From positions 3,633,852 through 3,673,282 of the forward strand of contig NC_068998.1 in the NCBI RefSeq assembly GCF_001194135.2: DNA of 39,431 nt, read 5' to 3'. The stretch is from Octopus bimaculoides (lineage: Eukaryota). This document shows, in pieces, positions 33,331-39,431 of this stretch (positions are counted from its first letter, which is position 1; each line of letters starts with the position of its first letter). Both the position numbers and the translations under genes were made by a program. The notes under the pieces were generated by a model. It did no database searches. It had not been told where the DNA came from and saw nothing but the letters and a program-made list of their open reading frames with translations.

Positions 33331-33864
33331 ACGTCAGCAAACATTTGACCTAACAACACTAACACTGCACATTTCTAACTTATCTCTACTCTCCTCGTCA
33401 CCCCAAGATTTACCCTCCACCCACAAAAAAACAACAAAAAAAACAGAAAAACAAAATCCACCTAGACTGGATTTGAACTCAAAACGTCAAGATTCGTAAA
33501 CTAAATATTAAAAAACCCGTTCCCTTGCCAGCTTTACCTTCCGCCATCACCTCGCCTTTAATATAGACACTATACAATGTAAATCTGTTTGCCTTATTGG
33601 AATTATGTTCTCTAAACAAACAGTCCAGCACCGTTATTACCACCATCAAACCACCACCAGCGCCCTCTGCATGTCGGCCCACATAAACACAATCAGTGTT
33701 GCAGACGACAGTTAAAATGTCGGTGATGTGTACATGGATTTGTGTGTCTATGTGTTTGTATTTGAATCTTAATTACCAAATACCCGCTGCAGTCTTAATC
33801 ACCAGACACCCACCCGCTGCAAATCTTGACACTTGAGTGACTTATTAAATAGAATAAATAAAAG

Positions 33865-33897
<33 letters not shown>

Positions 33898-34329
33898 NNN
33901 NNNNNNNNNNNNNNNNNNNNNNNNNNNNNNNNNNNNNNNNNNNNNNNNNNNNNNNNNNNNNNNNNNNNNNNNNNNNNNNNNNNNNNNNNNNNNNNNNNNN
34001 NNNNNNNNNNNNNNNNNNNNNNNNNNNNNNNNNNNNNNNNNNNNNNNNNNNNNNNNNNNNNNNNNNNNNNNNNNNNNNNNNNNNNNNNNNNNNNNNNNNN
34101 NNNNNNNNNNNNNNNNNNNNNNNNNNNCCCCCACCCCATCCCGCAAAAACCCAAATAGAAAAAAAAACAAAAAAAACATGGTCGTTCTACACATTTAGAA
34201 TTCTCTTTCGTAGCAGACATTCTCGTCGTCGTCGTCATCAGCAACTTTACCACCGCAACCTCCATCACCGCCAACATCGTTGCCGTCCTCCTCCTCTTAG
34301 ACATCATCATCATCATCAACATCATCATT

Positions 34330-34366
<37 letters not shown>

Positions 34367-34944
34367 GTAGCATCACCATCATCATCATCATTTCATTATT
34401 GATGTCAGACGAGAGCTAAATGACTAACTTTGTTGCTGTTGTTGACTCTTCTGTTGTTGTTGTTGTTGTTGTTGTTGGGGAAGCAAAGCGTCAGATAAAA
34501 TGTTATTTACTGTTTCGAGTTTGTGTTTTGAGTTCAAATCTGGTAAATAACAAGATATATTGCTGGGGCCGATACAGCGTGCGCGCACAAGTTTGCTAAT
34601 CAGCGCACGCTGTACGCAACCGACTATCATCAGTCACCTAAACTAATATATAAATAACTAATAATTAGCTGTAATTAATAAATCGTTCTTTATACTGTAA
34701 GCACAATCCTTGAAATTTGTGGAAGGGGTCTAGGCTATTAGATTGACCCCAGTACTCGACTGGTACTTATTTTATCAACACCCAAAAGGAGGAAAATAAA
34801 ATCTTCTCAACACATGGCTATGATGCTGCCCCAATAATTTCTGCTCGTGATCAAAGATACACATATCATCAGCCACCAAGGGACAGCATTTCTGTTCATC
34901 AATATAAACATGTTTGAAACAGCTGTAGTGAACCGCATTCCATC

Positions 34945-34949
34945 TGTTG

Positions 34950-35003
<54 letters not shown>

Positions 35004-35175
35004 GTCTGTCTGTCTGTCTGTCTGCCTGTCTGTCTGTCTGTCTGTCTGCCTGTCTGTCTATCTTCATACATGCATATACAACATACGCACACACAAACAT
35101 ATATGCACACACACATACGCACACATATGTACATACATGCATATGTATGTACATGTATATATATGTATGTACATG

Positions 35176-35206
<31 letters not shown>

Positions 35207-35232
35207 GCATATGTATGTATGTATGTATGTAT
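34945..35232. repeat. Compound (CTAT)/(CTGT)/(TATG) microsatellite
   Basis: Visible arrays. Confidence 0.9.
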
Positions 35233-35339
35233 TATGGCCAGTATGTCTGATGATCGCCAATTCCTATGAGCAATGACAGACACGAAACCAATGGTAACGT
35301 CCTGACCGGTAAATGACCAACGGCTATATTATATGTATT

Positions 35340-35725
35340 CTTTTATTCAGTCATTTGACTGCAGCCATGCTGGAGCACCACCTAGAAGGGTTTTAGTTAA
35401 ACAAAACGACTCCAGGGCTTATTTCTTTTAAAGCATAGTACTTATTCTATCATTCTATTTAAGCGAACCGCTAGGTTACGGGGACGTAGACACCACAACA
35501 CCAGTTGTCAAGCAGTGATGGTGGGGGTGGGGGATAAGCATAAACACAAAGACACACATACACACACACATATATATATATATATACGAAGGGCTTCTTT
35601 CAGTTTCCAGGCTTTGGTCATCCCGAGGGTATAGTAGAAGATATTTACCCAATGTTCCACGCAGTGGGACTGAACTCGGAACCATGTGGTTGGGAAACAA
35701 GCTTCTTACCATAAAGCTATTCTTG
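35340..35725 (-). mobile_element. Near full-length SINE family A
   Basis: cagtcatttgactgcagccatgctggagcacc..gggcttctttcagtttcc..gcagtgggactgaactcggaaccatgtggttgggaaacaagcttcttacc. Confidence 0.85.
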
Positions 35726-36318
35726 CACCTATATATATATATATATATGCGCGCACGCATGCACACACATTCACTCCCACCACCACGACCACCACCAACG
35801 CAGAAATGGAATTGAATTTCGGCTGCAGTTGAACTCATAAGGTGGAACGATTCTACAGAAAATACGGTGAAATCATTTGTCGTTGTACCGTTTCTGGGTA
35901 GGACTAAGCACCAACCTCACACCTCACGCCTCACACCACACTCAGCTTCATCGACCACACCTACAATCGATCGCCCTGTTTTTGGCGTCATCATGAGTTC
36001 TAATTAATAACAGAAACGGGGCTACCAAAAAAAAAAAAAAGGTGAGGTTGGGGGCGTTTTCACCAGTCCCCTATATATGTATATATTTTATTGCAACATC
36101 TATTACAACCCGCAACATGCTTTAGATATGATATTGGCCAATGAACACCGCCGTCGCCGCCGCCGCCGCCACCACCACCACCATAATCAATCGATCAATC
36201 AGTCAATCAACCAATCTCTCTCTCCCTGTCTATCTATCTGTCTATGTATGTACGTATGTGTCTGTCTGTCTTTTGTCTGCCTCTCTCTCTCTCTATCTAT
36301 CTATCTGTCTGTCTGTCA

Positions 36319-36382
<64 letters not shown>

Positions 36383-36569
36383 GTGTATTTGTTCATTTTT
36401 TTATGTGTGTGTGTAGAGGTAAATATTCATATGTGTTTCTCTTTTCGTTATTTCCATGATTAAATATTATTTTTACAAATAACTACCACCATTGGGAATA
36501 TTTTATTTTTATCGTTGCTGTTGCGGGTCAAGCCCCATGAATTTTGCAGGTCCTCTACAGACTGACAAG

Positions 36570-36628
<59 letters not shown>

Positions 36629-36650
36629 CATTATTATTATTGTTATTATA
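36570..36650. repeat. (ATT)n microsatellite
   Basis: Visible array. Confidence 0.95.
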
Positions 36651-37608
36651 AAACGCGATAGCTCGCTCTTAGAAAAATCATAATGATTGTTATTAAAGAA
36701 AAAATAAATTAGATATATCCAACCGCCCCCCCCCTTTTTTTTATTATGTCTTCAGCGTGACAGAGGTATAGGGGCTGGTTTGTGTGTGGGGTACCTCAAA
36801 TCNNNNNNNNNNNNNNNNNNNNNNNNNNNNNNNNNNNNNNNNNNNNNNNNNNNNNNNNNNNNNNNNNNNNNNNNNNNNNNNNNNNNNNNNNNNNNNNNNN
36901 NNNNNNNNNNNNNNNNNNNNNNNNNNNNNNNNNNNNNNNNNNNNNNNNNNNNNNNNNNNNNNNNNNNNNNNNNNNNNNNNNNNNNNNNNNNNNNNNNNNN
37001 NNNNNNNNNNNNNNNNNNNNNNNNNNNNNNNNNNNNNNNNNNNNNNNNNNNNNNNNNNNNNNNNNNNNNNNNNNNNNNNNNNNNNNNNNNNNNNNNNNNN
37101 NNNNNNNNNNNNNNNNNNNNNNNNNNNNNNNNNNNNNNNNNNNNNNNNNNNNNNNNNNNNNNNNNNNNNNNNNNNNNNNNNNNNNNNNNNNNNNNNNNNN
37201 NNNNNNNNNNNNNNNNNNNNNNNNNNNNNNNNNNNNNNNNNNNNNNNNNNNNNNNNNNNNNNNNNNNNNNNNNNNNNNNNNNNNNNNNNNNNNNNNNNNN
37301 NNNNNNNNNNNNNNNNNNNNNNNNNNNNNNNNNNNNNNNNNNNNNNNNNNNNNNNNNNNNNNNNNNNNNNNNNNNNNNNNNNNNNNNNNNNNNNNNNNNN
37401 NNNNNNNNNNNNNNNNNNNNNNNNNNNNNNNNNNNNNNNNNNNNNNNNNNNNNNNNNNNNNNNNNNNNNNNNNNNNNNNNNNNNNNNNNNNNNNNNNNNN
37501 NNNNNNNNNNNNNNNNNNNNNNNNNNNNNNNNNNNNNNNNNNNNNNNNNNNNNNNNNNNNNNNNNNNNNNNNNNNNNNNNNNNNNNNNNNNNNNNNNNNN
37601 NNNNNNNN

Positions 37609-37654
<46 letters not shown>

Positions 37655-38517
37655 CTGCATCAAAGTTTATGATGTAACTGAGATTAAATTATGAAACAGC
37701 TGTCACCACTACAGACACGTTTGATTTTTTTTGCCTGTAACTTCTCCAGATTTTTTTTTTGTTTTGTATACTCTACAATGGAAACCTTAGCATAAGAGCA
37801 TCCTGGGTTTTCAGCTGCATCGTCCTGTTAAATTACATCGTCGATTGACCCTTTCGTAAGACTCTAAGTTGTTACCACATGAACCCTTGGTAACAAATAT
37901 CATTTGCCTCAGAATATTTATTATCAAATCAATAAAAAATGTTTGTATTTTGTGACAATTCCTTCCCAAAATCTCAACGAGTTTGTAACCTTACACTCGA
38001 AACAAACTTTTGTAAGTTTATAGAAAATAAATTATCAGAATAAAAAGTAATTGTAATAAAAATAATCTCGTAAATGCCCAGCAAGATAATAAAAGACAAG
38101 AATAAATAAACACGAATAAAGATAAATATTTAAATTTAAATATTTATTAAGGTACCATTATCATGTCAAATATCAATTTTCAAAGAAAATATAAAGTTTA
38201 CGAATATGAAAATAATCATTTATAAAAAACAGTTAAAATAATATGACTAATCTGTAATAATTTTTTTTTGTATCTCGGTGGGGTCATAATGCCAATAATA
38301 AACACACGTACCTGTTCTTTTTCACTTCTTAATGACCTATTTGTCAATTGGTTAATTATTCAATCAATTAACTAATTGACTGACTGATTAGCTTTCGGTT
38401 AATTAACCAAGCACTTAGGTTTGTCAAAGCCCTTTCGTCACCATTCACGTCACCTCATCGATGACATGCCTTCTCGACTCTAGGCCTGTTTTAGGTCTTT
38501 TAACTTTAAACTTTTAC

Positions 38518-38731
38518 CTTTCGCTTGATTCAGGGATTAGACTGCGGCCATGCTGGAGCACTGCATTGAAGAATTCTTAGTCGATTGAATCGACCCCTGT
38601 ACTTGTCTTTTAAAGTTTGGTACTTATTCTGTCACTTGAGCCGAACCGCTAAGTAATGGGGACCACATCAACAGCCGTTGTCAAGCGATGGTGAAGGACA
38701 AACACAAAGACACACACACTAGTATATATAT
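38518..38731 (-). mobile_element. SINE family A, 3' half
   Basis: ttagactgcggccatgctggagcactgc..gtacttattc..gccgaaccgctaag..ttgtcaagcgatggtg. Confidence 0.8.
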
Positions 38732-39124
38732 NNNNNNNNNNNNNNNNNNNNNNNNNNNNNNNNNNNNNNNNNNNNNNNNNNNNNNNNNNNNNNNNNNNNN
38801 NNNNNNNNNNNNNNNNNNNNNNNATATATGTACATCTAAATGTATACACTTTCGTCAGCAATGTTGTACACAATGCAAAGATATATATATATATATCAAC
38901 AAAGAAGAATCTCATCCAGTGAGAGATAAATACCACTTAATGTACACAGAATAAAGATACGAGCTACGAATAGTTTCTTGCCATGGAAGCACGGTATTTA
39001 GGCAAATTTATATAACGTGCTTAACTATCTCAATAATCTGGACATTAAATGTGTGTGTATGTGTATGTGTGTTTGTGTGTGTGTGTGTGTGTGTGTTATC
39101 CATAGCAGGATTACTCATGCTTGA

Positions 39125-39255
39125 CTGTAAGTGGACCGGGGCAATGTGAAATGAAGTGTTTTGCTCAAGAACACAACGCATCGACCTGTCCAGGAATCGA
39201 GATCACGATCTTGCGATCAAGAGTGCAACACCCTAACCACTAAGCTACGCGCCTA
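39125..39255 (-). mobile_element. SINE family C head
   Basis: Minus strand ggcgcgtagcttagtggttagggtg..atctcgattcctgg..gtgttcttgagcaaaacacttcatttcac. Confidence 0.7.
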
Positions 39256-39399
39256 CACACGCACACAGCCACCAGCAGCCATTTTTTGTAAAGGCGGGTT
39301 AGTTATTGTCATACAAATCGATACCAGTATGGTAGTATATCAATGATATTTATGTATATTTTATTACCAACACTCGAAAAGAACGGAAGCAAATTTGGA

Positions 39400-39431
<32 letters not shown>

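Noticed and set aside
5868-37694. Long ORFs composed mostly of X
   Set aside because: Artefacts of N gaps.

Overview
Eukaryotic, microsatellite- and SINE-dense draft genomic DNA with 7 N gaps. The repeat repertoire looks like octopus/coleoid cephalopod (inferred, not verified). Two protein-coding genes are well supported, both on +. (1) A type I membrane protein of about 1121 aa (938-3529 joined to 4322-5095): signal peptide, four CUB-like domains alternating with three Sushi/CCP domains, Thr-rich stalk, one TM helix and a long acidic tail with an FxNPxY motif. It is SEZ6/CSMD-like, but the whole CUB/Sushi array sits in one 2.6 kb exon. (2) A 14-exon LAS1L orthologue (16671-29623), largely missed by the ORF track. 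I rebuilt it from phase-consistent GT-AG junctions. It has an intact HEPN RHxxxH motif and two possible 3' ends. The rest is tRNA-headed SINEs of several families, Tc1/mariner fossils and MITEs, a 347 bp near-perfect palindrome, a minisatellite and simple repeats. A speculative minus-strand exon chain with a 9 nt microexon lies at 32.2-33.6 kb. No prokaryotic-type systems or CRISPR arrays are present. Repeat boundaries are approximate (read by eye).
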